Shown piece by piece: positions 8,141 through 19,229 of a DNA stretch of 64,000 nucleotides. The stretch's first letter is position 1, and each line of letters opens with the position of its first letter. The position numbers and the translations under genes are program-made. This DNA is from Candidatus Ornithoclostridium excrementipullorum (GTDB lineage: Bacteria; Bacillota; Clostridia; Christensenellales; UBA3700): positions 5,106 through 69,105 of the forward strand of contig DVKK01000044.1 of assembly GCA_018716085.1 (NCBI GenBank). Reading direction: 5' to 3'. The notes under the pieces were generated by a model. The model had not been told where the DNA came from, searched no databases, and saw nothing but the letters and a program-made list of their open reading frames with translations.

Positions 8141-10056
8141 ACTATCCTCTTGAACAGTTTGTCCAGATCTTTGCGCGTAAATACAAACGTGGTGGGTCTG
8201 CCGTGGGGACATTGCAGAGGTACGCCGTCGCTCATCTGTCCGAGCAGTGACTCTATCTGTGCGTCGGTAAGTCTGTCCCCTCCTTTGACGGCGGATTTGC
8301 AAGCCCAAGTCGCTATCGCGTCGTCGATCATATCGGAATTCTTGAAAGACGCGAGTTTGCCCCTCTCTTCGAACAGCTTTCCGAAAAACGCGTCGAGATT
8401 TATATCCGTCAGCATGTCGGGTACGGCGCCGATCCTGAAACTGTATCCTCCGAATTCGGATATCTCGAAGCCGAGCTCGGTCAGTTTGTCTTCGAACTTT
8501 TTCACCGTTTCGTATTGAGGTCCGTCGCAATCGAGCACATAAGGTATCAGAAGCGGTTGGGAAAACGTCTGTCTGGAGTCTATCCTTTCCTTGAATTTGT
8601 CGTACAACAATCTTTCGTGGACCGCATGCTGGTCTATCAGATACGCTTTATCGCCCTGTTCCACTATAAGGAATGTGCCGAATACCTGTCCCACGATCCT
8701 GTAACCGAGCCTGAGCGTGCGGTCTATGTCTTCAAACAATTCGCTCCCTTTTTCCTCTCGGTTTACCGATTCCATGGTAAAAGCGCTCGGCGAAGAGACC
8801 TTTGTCTGCGGCTTATAGATGCTGTGCGTGAATATGGCTGTCTGCTCGACCTTTTCGCGCTGCTTTTCCAAAGCCTTCTTTATCTCTTTTTCGCCTGTCT
8901 GCCTCTCGTCCGTTCCGCGCAGCAGGTCTTCCGGTCGGCGACCCGTCGCCGCGGGAATTATTTTCGAAGGATCGACCGATCCGGAAGAACTCGCAGCAGA
9001 CGCGGGCTCGGCATCCTGCGCAAGAGTTGTCTGCCCGCCGAGCGGATCCTCTCCTATACGGATAGTATTCGCCTGCTTCGCCAACGCCCTTTCAATGGCG
9101 CGGTAAACTGCGGAGAATACCGCGTTCGGCCGACGGAACCTCACTTCATTCTTGGAAGGATGGACGTTTACGTCCACTTCGTCGAACGGAAGTATCAAAT
9201 TGATCACGAACACGGGATAACAGCGTTTCATGAGCGATCCGCCGTATGCCTGGGTGGCGGAGGTCTCGACGGTCTTGTCGCTGACCGTACGGCCGTTGAC
9301 GATAACTGTCTGCAAGCTCTTGTTGTGTCTTGTCAGTTCCCGTCTGCCCGTATATCCGTAAACCCTGTAACCGTCGTCTCGCTTTTCGTCGAACCAGATA
9401 AGCGCGTTTGCCACTTCGTTGGAGTATACGGTGTATACGGCATTGTCGAATCCCCCCGAAGTGCTGAACACCGTCTTGCCGTCGGTGACGTAGGTGAACG
9501 ACAGATCGGGATTGGCGAGAATGAGCGCCGATACCGTCTCCGTGACCGCTCGCTCTTCCTGCGCCGGCTTTTTCAGGAAACGCGCTCTTACGGGCGTGTT
9601 GAAGAACAGATCGGACACCGTCACGGTCGTGCCCGCCGCGGCTCCGCAAGGCTCGGAGTCGCCTATCTTGCCGCCCTCGGCGACGATAGAATATCCTTCG
9701 CCGTCCTCATGTCGTCTTGTGACTATCTTTACGCGCGATACCGCGGCTATCGACGCGAGAGCTTCTCCCCTGAATCCCAAAGTCGCGATGGCGTCGAGAT
9801 CGGCGGCGGACGCGAGCTTCGACGTCGCATGGGGCAGGAGCGCTTTTTTCAGATTGCTTTCGCTCATTCCGCAGCCGTTGTCGGTTACCGATATCTCTCT
9901 CGTGCCGCCCTCTTTCACCGACACCACGATCCTGTTCGCACCTGAGTCGATCGCGTTTTCCACCAGTTCTTTGACCACGGACGACGGTCTTTCCACGACC
10001 TCGCCCGCCGAGATAAGATTGTAAACGCTGCTGTCGAGTATATTGATTTCGGCCAT
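8137..10056 (-). CDS. mutL: DNA mismatch repair endonuclease MutL
   Basis: GEVVERP, GFRGEAL, DQHAVHER, ACK, CPHGRP. Confidence 0.97.
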   Translation of the reverse strand: MAEINILDSSVYNLISAGEVVERPSSVVKELVENAIDSGANRIVVSVKEGGTREISVTDNGCGMSESNLKKALLPHATSKLASAADLDAIATLGFRGEALASIAAVSRVKIVTRRHEDGEGYSIVAEGGKIGDSEPCGAAAGTTVTVSDLFFNTPVRARFLKKPAQEERAVTETVSALILANPDLSFTYVTDGKTVFSTSGGFDNAVYTVYSNEVANALIWFDEKRDDGYRVYGYTGRRELTRHNKSLQTVIVNGRTVSDKTVETSATQAYGGSLMKRCYPVFVINLILPFDEVDVNVHPSKNEVRFRRPNAVFSAVYRAIERALAKQANTIRIGEDPLGGQTTLAQDAEPASAASSSGSVDPSKIIPAATGRRPEDLLRGTDERQTGEKEIKKALEKQREKVEQTAIFTHSIYKPQTKVSSPSAFTMESVNREEKGSELFEDIDRTLRLGYRIVGQVFGTFLIVEQGDKAYLIDQHAVHERLLYDKFKERIDSRQTFSQPLLIPYVLDCDGPQYETVKKFEDKLTELGFEISEFGGYSFRIGAVPDMLTDINLDAFFGKLFEERGKLASFKNSDMIDDAIATWACKSAVKGGDRLTDAQIESLLGQMSDGVPLQCPHGRPTTFVFTRKDLDKLFKRIV

Positions 10057-12647
10057 CAGTTGTCCTCCCTCGCCTTTTTGACGACGTCGCTCAAAAACAT
10101 CCACGCCTGTATCGGCGTCATATCGTCCACGTTACACGAACGCAGAGTATCGAGTATCTCGTTCGATCCGAACATGGAAACGAGATCCGCGGGTCTGCTC
10201 GCAGCCTTTTCGCTCTTTTTGGCGATCGCGTCTTTTTCGAGTTCGGACGATATGCGTTTCGCCCTTGCGATGACCTTTTGCGGCACGCCCGCAAGTTTTG
10301 CGACCTCTATGCCGAAACTCTTGTTTGTCCCGCCGCGCATGATCTTGTGTAAAAACACTATGCCGTTTTCTCTTTCCGACGCCACTATCTTATAGTTTTT
10401 TACGCCTTCGAGCTTGTTTTCCAATTCGGTAAGTTCATGGTAATGCGTGGAAAACAGCGTCTTGCATCTGATATTCGACGTGACTTCTTCGAGTACGGCT
10501 TTGGCTATCGACAGTCCGTCAAACGTGGACGTTCCCCTCCCTATCTCGTCGAGAATGAGAAGGCTGCGCATCGTCGCGTTCTGCAATATGGTCGCGACTT
10601 CCACCATCTCGACCATAAACGTACTTTGACCGTAAGCCACGTCGTCGCTGGCTCCGATCCTTGTAAATATCCTGTCGGTCACCGCTATCGTCGCGGACGA
10701 CGCGGGAACGAAACATCCTATATGCGCCATCAGCGTTATCAGGGCGACCTGTCGCATATATGTGCTCTTGCCCGCCATGTTGGGACCGGTTATCACCATG
10801 GTCCTGTTTTGCGAGCAGTCGAGCTCGGTATCGTTGGGTACAAAGCCCCCCGACGGCAGCAGCGATTCCACGACCGGATGTCTGCCGTTGCGTATATCTA
10901 TGACCTCGATGTCGTCCCGTATCAGCGGCTTGCAGTAATCGCAGTCGTTGGCGAGTTTGGCAAACGACAGGATCGTGTCCAGCGTCGCTATCGCCCTCGC
11001 GGTCGATTGCAGCTCGGGTATAGCTTGCAGCATATCGAGTTTCAGCTTTTCGTAAAGCGCATATTCAAACTCTATCGCGCGGCTTTCGGAATTGAGTATC
11101 TTTTCCTCTATCTGTTTGAGATCTTCGGTTATGAATCTCTCGCCCGTCGTCAGCGTCTGTTTGCGCACGTAACGTATGGGAACTTTATCGAGATTGCCCT
11201 TGCTGATCTCTATATAATACCCGAAAACTTTGTTGAAGCCTACTTTGAGATTCTTGATACCCGTTTCGGCACGCTCGTCGCTTTCCAGTTTTGCAAGCCA
11301 GTTTTTCCCGTCCGTCTTTGCGTTGCGGTATTCGTCCAGCTCTTCGCTGTATCCTCTTCTTATATAGCCGCCGTCCTTTGTCATCGCGGGAGGATTTTCG
11401 TCGATGAGGTCGAGTATCTCGTCGCGCCTGTCGGCAAGTTCGAATATATTGTCCGCTATCTCCGTAAGATACGCGTTACCGCAGGACGCCGCGTAAGCTT
11501 TGATCTCGGGCACGGGCGCGAGCGACTGGGCTATCGCTATGAAATCGCGTGGAGACGGATTGCCGTAAACGATCTTCGAGGACAGCCTTTCGAGGTCTTT
11601 GACCCGACCGAGCAATTCGTCCAAATTGCTGCGCGTGCGCGCGTCCGCAACGAGAGCCTCGACGGCGTCGAGTCTGCGGTTTATCGCCGAGGCGTCCCGC
11701 AGCGGCTGTTCGAGCCAACGCCTCAGGTTGCGCGCGCCCATGGAAGTTTTCGTACGGTCGAGCACTTTGAGCAGCGTTCCTCTGCGCGTTCCGTCTCGCA
11801 GATTGGAAGTGAGTTCGAGATTACGGCGCGTATTCGCGTCGAGGACCATGAATCTGCTGCTTCTCACTAACCGCACGTCCTTTATATGCGACAGGGCGCG
11901 TTTCTGAGTTTCTTCGAGATAAAGGCACAGCGCGCCGACGGATTGGTAACAGAGTTTCATATCCCCGAATTCGTATTTTGCGAGAGAATCCACTCCGAAC
12001 TGCTTTTTCATAGCCGCGGACGAATTACCCTCTGTGAATATCCAGTCGTGGTATCTCTGTATCGGAGGATATTTCGACTTCCTCATCTCGGGAAGTTCCT
12101 TGAACAGCTCCGCGGCATATTCGTTGGCGATGATCTCGGACGGAGCGACCGTGGAAAGCATATCTTCTATCTCCGATATATCTTTGAATTCGCTCTGCAA
12201 CACGTTGAATTCGCCGGTAGACACGTCTACCCACGCCAAAGAATACGCCTTGTCGTTCATGACAAGACACGCGAGGTAATTGTTCTTTTTGTCGTCGAGG
12301 ATATCCTCTTCTATTACCGTGCCCGGAGTTATGACCCTGACGACGTCGCGTTCGACGAGCCCCTTTGCCTGAGGCGCGGAAAGCTGTTCGCAGATGGCGA
12401 CCTTATGACCGGCGGCTATCAGCTTGGAGATGTATCCGTCCACCGCATGATACGGTACTCCGCACATCGGAGCGCGCTCATCCAGACCGCAGTCCCTTCC
12501 CGTAAGAGTCAGATCGAGAAGTTCGCTGCACAGTTTCGCGTCCTCGAAGAACATTTCGTAAAAATCACCGAGTCGGAACATGAGGATAGCGTCCTTATAT
12601 TTTTCCTTGACCTCGAGATAGTATTTCATCATCGGTGACAAAGCCAT
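10056..12647 (-). CDS. mutS: DNA mismatch repair protein MutS
   Basis: SPMMKYY, GDFYEMF, GPNMAGKST, DEIGRGTST. Confidence 0.97.
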   Translation of the reverse strand: MALSPMMKYYLEVKEKYKDAILMFRLGDFYEMFFEDAKLCSELLDLTLTGRDCGLDERAPMCGVPYHAVDGYISKLIAAGHKVAICEQLSAPQAKGLVERDVVRVITPGTVIEEDILDDKKNNYLACLVMNDKAYSLAWVDVSTGEFNVLQSEFKDISEIEDMLSTVAPSEIIANEYAAELFKELPEMRKSKYPPIQRYHDWIFTEGNSSAAMKKQFGVDSLAKYEFGDMKLCYQSVGALCLYLEETQKRALSHIKDVRLVRSSRFMVLDANTRRNLELTSNLRDGTRRGTLLKVLDRTKTSMGARNLRRWLEQPLRDASAINRRLDAVEALVADARTRSNLDELLGRVKDLERLSSKIVYGNPSPRDFIAIAQSLAPVPEIKAYAASCGNAYLTEIADNIFELADRRDEILDLIDENPPAMTKDGGYIRRGYSEELDEYRNAKTDGKNWLAKLESDERAETGIKNLKVGFNKVFGYYIEISKGNLDKVPIRYVRKQTLTTGERFITEDLKQIEEKILNSESRAIEFEYALYEKLKLDMLQAIPELQSTARAIATLDTILSFAKLANDCDYCKPLIRDDIEVIDIRNGRHPVVESLLPSGGFVPNDTELDCSQNRTMVITGPNMAGKSTYMRQVALITLMAHIGCFVPASSATIAVTDRIFTRIGASDDVAYGQSTFMVEMVEVATILQNATMRSLLILDEIGRGTSTFDGLSIAKAVLEEVTSNIRCKTLFSTHYHELTELENKLEGVKNYKIVASERENGIVFLHKIMRGGTNKSFGIEVAKLAGVPQKVIARAKRISSELEKDAIAKKSEKAASRPADLVSMFGSNEILDTLRSCNVDDMTPIQAWMFLSDVVKKAREDN

Positions 12648-12658
12648 TTTCTCCCTCC

Positions 12659-13975
12659 TTAAACCTTTTCGCCGAAAAGCGCCGCAGATTGCGCTCTGTT
12701 TATCTTCACGTCGCAGAACGTGCCCACAAGCGAGCCGTCGCCGCCGAACGTGACCATCCTGCCGCTCTCGGTCCTGCCGCAGACGGAAACTACGCCGTTT
12801 TTCTCGACTACGTCTTCGCACAGCACACGGTAAACGCCGCCCACATATTCGCGGGAAAGACGCCGTGTCACGGCATTCTGTTCCGCGATAAGACGCATGA
12901 TCCTGCGTTTGGACACCTCTGCCGGGACCTGAGGCATGGACGCCGCGGGCGTACCTCTCCTCGGAGAGTAAACGAAAGTGAACGCGTTGGAATACCCGAC
13001 TCTGCGCACGATATCCAGCGTGTCTTCGAAGTCCTCCTCTTCCTCGTAAGGAAACCCGACCATAAGATCCGTGGTTATGCCGCAGTCGGGCATCTTCTCC
13101 CTTATGCGGTCGATGATACGAAGATAGTCGTCGCGCGTATAATGCCTGTTCATCAGTTTGAGGATCTTATCCGAGCCGGACTGTATGGGCAGATGGATAT
13201 TGTTGCAGATATTGGGCGATGACGCCACTATGTCTATCACTTTTTCGTCCATATCCTTCGGATGCGACGTCATGAACCTTATCCTGTGATCTCCGCCGTA
13301 TTTTGCAAGATCGGTAAGCAGTTCGGCAAAGCCGTATCCGTCCGCTCGGTCGTTGCCGTAGGAATTGACGTTCTGCCCCAAAAGAGTGACTTCTTTGTAT
13401 CCGTCGGCGAGCGCCTGTTCGAATTCGCGCAATATGGCGTCGCGAGTGCGGCTGCGCTCCCTTCCCCTTACGTACGGTACCACGCAATACGTACAGAAGT
13501 TGTTGCATCCGTACATTATGTTGATCCAGGCGTTTACCCCGCTTGTCCTGTAATAGGGATATCCCTCCGCTATCGCCGGCTTCGGATCGTCGTCGATCTC
13601 GACGGTCTTCTTGCGCGCCGATACGGCGTCCCTGATGTATTCTCCTATCTTTTCGGTATTGTTCGTACCGAGAACTATATCCACGAACGGGAATTTTTTG
13701 CGCAAAGCAAGTCCCGCGCCGTCCTGTTGCGTCATACATCCGACCACCGCTATCACGGCGTCGGGATTCTCTTTTTTAAGCTGTTTGAACCGTCCTATCT
13801 GCCCGACGGCTTTCCTCTCCGCATTGTCGCGGATACAACACGTGTTGAATACGACCACGTCGGCGCTGTCCGTTTCCGATTCGCTCATACCCATACCGCG
13901 AAGGATACCCGCTATCTTTTCGGACTCGTGCACGTTCATCTGGCAGCCGTAAGTGACGATCTTGTAAGTAGACAT
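12659..13975 (-). CDS. miaB: tRNA methylthiotransferase MiaB
   Basis: TYGCQMN, CNNFCTYC radical-SAM motif, C-terminal TRAM; start ATG 13975. Confidence 0.96.
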   Translation of the reverse strand: MSTYKIVTYGCQMNVHESEKIAGILRGMGMSESETDSADVVVFNTCCIRDNAERKAVGQIGRFKQLKKENPDAVIAVVGCMTQQDGAGLALRKKFPFVDIVLGTNNTEKIGEYIRDAVSARKKTVEIDDDPKPAIAEGYPYYRTSGVNAWINIMYGCNNFCTYCVVPYVRGRERSRTRDAILREFEQALADGYKEVTLLGQNVNSYGNDRADGYGFAELLTDLAKYGGDHRIRFMTSHPKDMDEKVIDIVASSPNICNNIHLPIQSGSDKILKLMNRHYTRDDYLRIIDRIREKMPDCGITTDLMVGFPYEEEEDFEDTLDIVRRVGYSNAFTFVYSPRRGTPAASMPQVPAEVSKRRIMRLIAEQNAVTRRLSREYVGGVYRVLCEDVVEKNGVVSVCGRTESGRMVTFGGDGSLVGTFCDVKINRAQSAALFGEKV

Positions 13976-13981
13976 GGATAT

Positions 13982-14010
13982 ATTATAGCGTACGCGCGCG
14001 CAAAACTCAA
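13982..14010 (-). promoter_or_regulatory. Sigma-A promoter of the miaB operon (leaderless geometry)
   Basis: TTGAGT-17 nt-TATAAT-6 nt-ATG, no SD. Confidence 0.7.
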
Positions 14011-14176
14011 ACGGTTGCGCGCAAATACTGCGCAAAAGCGCTCTTTTTCGACAATGCGGCGTACGGTTCTCAGCGATCTGCAAAAAGACCGAATTTCGCT
14101 TGTTCTCCGTTGCGTTCTTTATAAAAAACGCGATGATGCACACGATAGTAACGCAAAAACAAGACGAGAGGCTGAT

Positions 14177-16396
14177 ATGGCAAGATCCGGCAAAAAAAAG
14201 ACGAGCAAAGCCACGAAAATATTTTTCGCGCTGACAGTGACGTGCGCGGTAGCGGTCGCCGCCGTTATAGGCGGAGGTATATGGTATCTGCATTCGGGCG
14301 ATGACGTCGACTATACGAAAGTACAGACCGCCGTGGAACCGCTCAAGCTCTATGCCGCCGACGGCACCGAAGCGGCATATTGCAGCGCCAACTACGGCTA
14401 CGCCTCCTCGGATGAGATCCCCGAGCTGGTAAAAAACGCTTTCATAGCGATAGAAGACAAGCGTTTTTACAGCCACGACGGCATCGACTATATCCGCCTT
14501 GCGGGCGCCGCGATAGGCAATCTCAGATCGGGGTCATTCGCCGAAGGCGGCTCGACGATAACTCAGCAGCTTGCAAAAAACATATATCTTTCTTCGGAAA
14601 AAAGCGTTTCGCGCAAAATACGCGAAGCGCAGATAGCCGTCAAGCTGGAAAAACATTACAGCAAAGATCAGCTTCTCGAATACTATCTCAACATGCTCTA
14701 TTTCGGAAGCGGCGAATACGGCGTGAAAAACGCCGCCGAAAGATTTTTCGGAAAGGAACTGAACGAACTTACGCCCCTCGAAGCGGCAATGCTCGCAGGG
14801 ATAGTAAAAGCGCCTTCCAATTACAATCCGATCAACGATTTCGAAAGATCGTCGGAAAGAGCACGGCTTGTTTTGTCCTTGATGTACGAACAAGGCATGA
14901 TCGACGAAGATAGCTATAATTCGGCTAAAACTCAGCAAATTATTATAAAAAACGAGTTAAACGAGAATAGTTTTGACTCGGTTTACGTGGTCAATGCGCT
15001 CGAAGAGGCTTGCGGGATACTCGGCACGGACGAAAAAAGCATCGCGGCGAAAGGTTACGAGATATACACTTACCTGGACAACGACAGACAGAAATATCTG
15101 CGCGACGCGGTCTTGTCGAGCGACAGCGAGGGACTTAGCGCCGCAGTATCGGCGCGAGTGGACGATCATTCGATCGACGCGGTATATGCGAACTTTGCGC
15201 TCTCGTTGGATTCGTTTGCAAGACAGAGCGGTTCCGCGCTCAAACCTCTGGCGTGCTACGCCCCCGCTTTCGACGCGGGCGTCATATCGCCGGCAAGCGT
15301 ACTGGGCGACGAAAAGACGGATTTCGGCGGATACTCCCCCTCCAACTACAACGATGTGTACAGAGGCAGCGTAAGCGCGCGCGAAGCTCTTTCGCTGTCG
15401 CTCAACGTCCCTGCGGTACACGTTATGCAGAGCGTCGGCGTAAGCGAAAGCGTTTACGCTCTCGAAAAAGCGGGAATATCTTTGTCCGACGGCGACGACA
15501 ATCTGTCTTTGGCATTGGGATCGACCGAAAACGGAATAAATTTCAAGGAACTTCTCGGGGGATATCTGACCCTTGCCGACGGCGGCTCTTATTCCCGCCC
15601 CGCATTGGTGAGCGCCATCGCAGACTCGGAAGGAAACGTCGTCTATCGCCGCAACGCGGATAGCGCAAGAGCTTTTTCCGAACGGGCGGCATATCTCACC
15701 ACGGACTGTCTGAAAGACTGCGCCGCCGAAGGAACGGCGAAAAAACTGTCGCCGCTCGGTTTCGACGTGGCGGCCAAAACCGGAACGGTCGGCGACGAAG
15801 GGGGAAACCACGACGCATATTGCATAGGATATACTTCGGACACAGCCGCTCTTTTCTGGTGCGGCAGCGACGATTATTCGTCTTATATCCCGGAAAACGG
15901 CGGAGGTATACCTTGTATAAGATTGCGAGAATATCTGGATGATATCTATTCGGACGGCGCTCCGAAAGCGTTCGAAGCGCCCGACGGGGTCGTGAACGTC
16001 GCGCTGGACAAGGCGGATTACGAAGAAGGCAGACTTACTCTCGCTTCCGACAACGCACCCGAATACGCGGTCACTACCGAGCTGTTCGATTCCGAATTTT
16101 TGCCGACCGAAAAAAATTCCAGCTTCGATTGGCCGAAAGCGGATAATATAGTCGTTTCGGAAGACGACGGAGGCACTACCATAACTTTTGTCGCCGATCC
16201 GAGGCTGAGTTACAGGATCGTAAGAAAAAATTTCCTGAAAAAAGACGACGTGATCTCGGAAATAACCATGACGGCAGGAGACGTGACGGTAAGCGACTCG
16301 TACGACGGATTTTTTCCGAGCACTTACGTGATAATCCCGTACTATCTGGACGGATCGGGATGCGAAGTTTACGGAGAAATAACCGCGGTCAAATGA
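14177..16396 (+). CDS. Class A penicillin-binding protein (transglycosylase/transpeptidase)
   Basis: N-terminal TM, EDKRFYSHDG, GGSTITQQLAKN, SALK, SLN, KTG; GAGAGG RBS. Confidence 0.93.
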   Translation: MARSGKKKTSKATKIFFALTVTCAVAVAAVIGGGIWYLHSGDDVDYTKVQTAVEPLKLYAADGTEAAYCSANYGYASSDEIPELVKNAFIAIEDKRFYSHDGIDYIRLAGAAIGNLRSGSFAEGGSTITQQLAKNIYLSSEKSVSRKIREAQIAVKLEKHYSKDQLLEYYLNMLYFGSGEYGVKNAAERFFGKELNELTPLEAAMLAGIVKAPSNYNPINDFERSSERARLVLSLMYEQGMIDEDSYNSAKTQQIIIKNELNENSFDSVYVVNALEEACGILGTDEKSIAAKGYEIYTYLDNDRQKYLRDAVLSSDSEGLSAAVSARVDDHSIDAVYANFALSLDSFARQSGSALKPLACYAPAFDAGVISPASVLGDEKTDFGGYSPSNYNDVYRGSVSAREALSLSLNVPAVHVMQSVGVSESVYALEKAGISLSDGDDNLSLALGSTENGINFKELLGGYLTLADGGSYSRPALVSAIADSEGNVVYRRNADSARAFSERAAYLTTDCLKDCAAEGTAKKLSPLGFDVAAKTGTVGDEGGNHDAYCIGYTSDTAALFWCGSDDYSSYIPENGGGIPCIRLREYLDDIYSDGAPKAFEAPDGVVNVALDKADYEEGRLTLASDNAPEYAVTTELFDSEFLPTEKNSSFDWPKADNIVVSEDDGGTTITFVADPRLSYRIVRKNFLKKDDVISEITMTAGDVTVSDSYDGFFPSTYVIIPYYLDGSGCEVYGEITAVK

Positions 16397-16420
16397 AAAA
16401 AGCCCGGCTTGCCGCCGGGC
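16396..16420 (-). terminator. Intrinsic terminator between convergent PBP and thiI
   Basis: GCCCGGC/GCCGGGC stem with U6 on the minus strand. Confidence 0.65.
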
Positions 16421-16425
16421 AAAAT

Positions 16426-17592
16426 TCATCTGCCTATCTCTATTTTCTCCACGCCCTCTATCGCCGCGTCTATCAGCGACGCAAGGTCCTCTATCTTCGC
16501 CTGTTCTTTCCGCGCCGTTTCGACCGAAGGCTTGATCACGGGATTGCGCGGCAGAAACACCGTGCAGCAATCCTGATACGGAAGTTCGCTCAGCTTGTAC
16601 GTTCCTATCGCCGCCGCGGTATCCATGATCTCGTATTTGTCCATACCGACCAACGGTCTGAATACGGGAAGAGCTTTCACCGCGTCTTCCGTCACGGTCA
16701 TGCTCTCGAGAGTCTGCGACGCGACCTGTCCGAGGCTTTCGCCCGTGATCAGCGCTCCGCACCCCGTTTTTGCAGCAAGTTTTTCGGCTATCTCGATCAT
16801 GATCCTTCTCATTATGGTGATCATGTAATCGGGACGGCATTTCTCGTGGATCGCAAACTGGATATCGGTAAAAGGCACGACGTACAGATCGATAGGCCCC
16901 GCATATCCGCTGAGAACGTGCGCCAGATCCACTACTTTCTGCTTTGCCTGTTCGCTGGTATACGGGAACGAATGATAATGCACCGCCTTGATGCGCATAC
17001 CTCTTCTCGCCATTCTGTATCCCGCGACGGGTGAATCGAACCCTCCCGACAACAGCAGCATGCCGCTTCCCGAACAGCCCACCGGCATACCGCCGGCACA
17101 CTCTTCGACGCCGCAGAACACATAAGAATAACCGTTCTCGCGTATATCCACTTTGATATTGAGCTGCGCGTGATCCAAGTCCACTTTATACAGCGGGCGG
17201 CGTTCCAGAACGTATCCGCCTATATCCGCGCCGATCTGCGAAGAATTTTTTTCGAGCGATTTGTCCGCTCTGTTGACGGTAACGCGGAAAGTGAGTTTTT
17301 CGTCGGGAGCGTACAGCATCGCCGCTTCGCCGATTTCTTCGTAACCGGTGGGGACCTTGACCGCCTCGCTTAGAGAATGCAGACCGAATACCTTTTTGAG
17401 CCTGTTTTTGAATTCGGCTATCTCGTCGCCGTCGAAGTCCTCGACGTAATACCTGTTGTGCGTCTTGACAAAGCGGTATTCAAGCCCCGACAGCGAGCTT
17501 TTTATGTTGTCGATCAGAAGTTTTTCGAAATAACTTTTGTTCTTGCCTTTAAGAAATATCTCGCCGAAGCGCAGCAGTATCACTTTTTGCAT
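16426..17592 (-). CDS. thiI: tRNA 4-thiouridine synthase ThiI
   Basis: GEIFLKGKN, THUMP domain, SGGFDSPV PP-loop, GESLGQVASQT, DCC. Confidence 0.95.
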   Translation of the reverse strand: MQKVILLRFGEIFLKGKNKSYFEKLLIDNIKSSLSGLEYRFVKTHNRYYVEDFDGDEIAEFKNRLKKVFGLHSLSEAVKVPTGYEEIGEAAMLYAPDEKLTFRVTVNRADKSLEKNSSQIGADIGGYVLERRPLYKVDLDHAQLNIKVDIRENGYSYVFCGVEECAGGMPVGCSGSGMLLLSGGFDSPVAGYRMARRGMRIKAVHYHSFPYTSEQAKQKVVDLAHVLSGYAGPIDLYVVPFTDIQFAIHEKCRPDYMITIMRRIMIEIAEKLAAKTGCGALITGESLGQVASQTLESMTVTEDAVKALPVFRPLVGMDKYEIMDTAAAIGTYKLSELPYQDCCTVFLPRNPVIKPSVETARKEQAKIEDLASLIDAAIEGVEKIEIGR

Positions 17593-17614
17593 ATCCGTCA
17601 TCTCCGTCGGATCG

Positions 17615-18760
17615 TCAGATCCTTGCGTATTTTTCAAGCACTTTGCGGCACGCGGCGAGTTTCGAACAAAATTCCGCGATATCGCCGTCGCTCTCTTCTC
17701 CGTCGAAGCTCACCCTGACCGCTCCTTCGGCATATCCGCCCATGAGACCGAGAGCGTCCGGTATCCTTCTCTGCGCTTTTTTCGAAGAACAGGCGCTGCC
17801 CGTTCCTACCAGTATCCCCTCTTTTTCCAACGCGTGGACGAGCACCTCTCCGCGCACGTCGGAGAACGCGAAGTGGAATATTCCTCCTTCGCTGTTTCCG
17901 AGATCGGTATTTATCCTCACTTTATCGGCATAATTCGTCCGCAGAAAATCCGCAAGTTCGGCTTTCAGCGAAGCGAACCTCTCACGCTTGCTCTTACGCA
18001 AAACTCTGCCCTTTTTCACAGCGGTCGCGAAAGCGGCTGCCGCAGGCACGTTTTCCGTTCCCGATCTGATATCGTATTCCTGTCCTCCGCCGTACACGAA
18101 CGCGGACGGATTGATCCCGGGCGCGAGATACAAAGCGCCTATGCCTTTCGGTCCGTGTACCTTATGCGCGCTTACGGTATAGAGGTCTATTTTCGTTTCA
18201 GACAGCGAAAGCGGCACTTTCAGAAAAGCCTGCACTCCGTCGCTGTGGAACACCGCGTGCGGAGAGCGCTTTTTGACCTCGGCGGCGATCGCCGCGATAT
18301 CGTTGTAAGCGCCCGTTTCGTTGCATACGTGCATTATCGACACCAAAGACACGTCGTCGCCGAGCATCGGGTACAGTCTGTCTTTGTCCACGGCTCCGAA
18401 GCGATCGCACGGCGCGACCGACAGCGAGTACCCCTCGGCTTCGAGCGCCTTTGCGGTATTCCATACCGCGGCGTGTTCGAGCGCGGATACTATCACTCTC
18501 CCGCGTTTTTTCTTAACGCAGCAACGCAAAGCTATATTATCGCTTTCGCTTCCGGAAGCCGTGAATATCAGCCTGGCTCCGCTCGGAGCGCCGAGCGCGG
18601 ACAATATCTCAGTCCGCGATTCGGAGACCTTGCGCGCCGCTTCGCCCGCCGGCGCGTAATAAGCCGACGGATTGTAATATTTCCGCATGCCGTATGTTTC
18701 CAGATCGTTCAGGCATTCGGCATACATCGCGGTCGTCGCGGCGTTATCCAGATACAACAT
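17615..18760 (-). CDS. iscS: Cysteine desulfurase (IscS/NifZ-like), partner of ThiI
   Basis: YLDNAATT, SAHKVHGPKG, RSGTEN, GSACSS. Confidence 0.92.
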   Translation of the reverse strand: MLYLDNAATTAMYAECLNDLETYGMRKYYNPSAYYAPAGEAARKVSESRTEILSALGAPSGARLIFTASGSESDNIALRCCVKKKRGRVIVSALEHAAVWNTAKALEAEGYSLSVAPCDRFGAVDKDRLYPMLGDDVSLVSIMHVCNETGAYNDIAAIAAEVKKRSPHAVFHSDGVQAFLKVPLSLSETKIDLYTVSAHKVHGPKGIGALYLAPGINPSAFVYGGGQEYDIRSGTENVPAAAAFATAVKKGRVLRKSKRERFASLKAELADFLRTNYADKVRINTDLGNSEGGIFHFAFSDVRGEVLVHALEKEGILVGTGSACSSKKAQRRIPDALGLMGGYAEGAVRVSFDGEESDGDIAEFCSKLAACRKVLEKYARI

Positions 18761-19229
18761 CTCTTTCTTCGTCTCCGATCGTATTCAGCAAAGCGAGCAT
18801 ATAAGCGTTGAGCGCGAGCATATACCGCTTTCCGTCCGATAATTTTATCACATATACGCCGCAACCGCAAGGATCGCAGTACAGTTTGACGCTTTTTTCT
18901 TCTCCGTCGCCGACCTCTTCCAATCGAAAATCTTTTTCTTTTAGGGAGAAAATTTCCTCAGTTTTATTCGGATAACGGACCTTGACGGAAAACGCGCCGC
19001 CGTCGAATACGTATATCCATTCGCGCGCCATTCGCAACGACGGTATCCTGAGCGCGAGGGTCACCGGCAGCCATGCAGCCACTCCCGCAAAATACGAATA
19101 TGCGCCGCTGCAAGCACGCACAAGGCATATCAGCGCGACGATATCGAAAAGCAGCGCGACCGCAAGCAGCAATATCCGATACGGTCTGCGCGTATAGTCG
19201 GGATACACGCATTCGTAATACCGTTTCAT
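18744..19229 (-). CDS. Hypothetical membrane protein (2 TM plus soluble domain)
   Basis: Overlaps both neighbours in the operon; two hydrophobic segments. Confidence 0.7.
   Translation of the reverse strand: MKRYYECVYPDYTRRPYRILLLAVALLFDIVALICLVRACSGAYSYFAGVAAWLPVTLALRIPSLRMAREWIYVFDGGAFSVKVRYPNKTEEIFSLKEKDFRLEEVGDGEEKSVKLYCDPCGCGVYVIKLSDGKRYMLALNAYMLALLNTIGDEERDVVSG

Noticed and set aside
14047-14053. Isolated TTCGACA Spo0A boxes (also 55644, 58533, 32533)
   Set aside because: TCGA-containing words are very common in this sequence; no independent support
12659-16396. Overlapping N-terminal extensions of miaB (605 aa) and PBP (1044 aa) in the ORF track
   Set aside because: Real starts at 13975 and 14177 are supported by promoter/RBS and family N-termini
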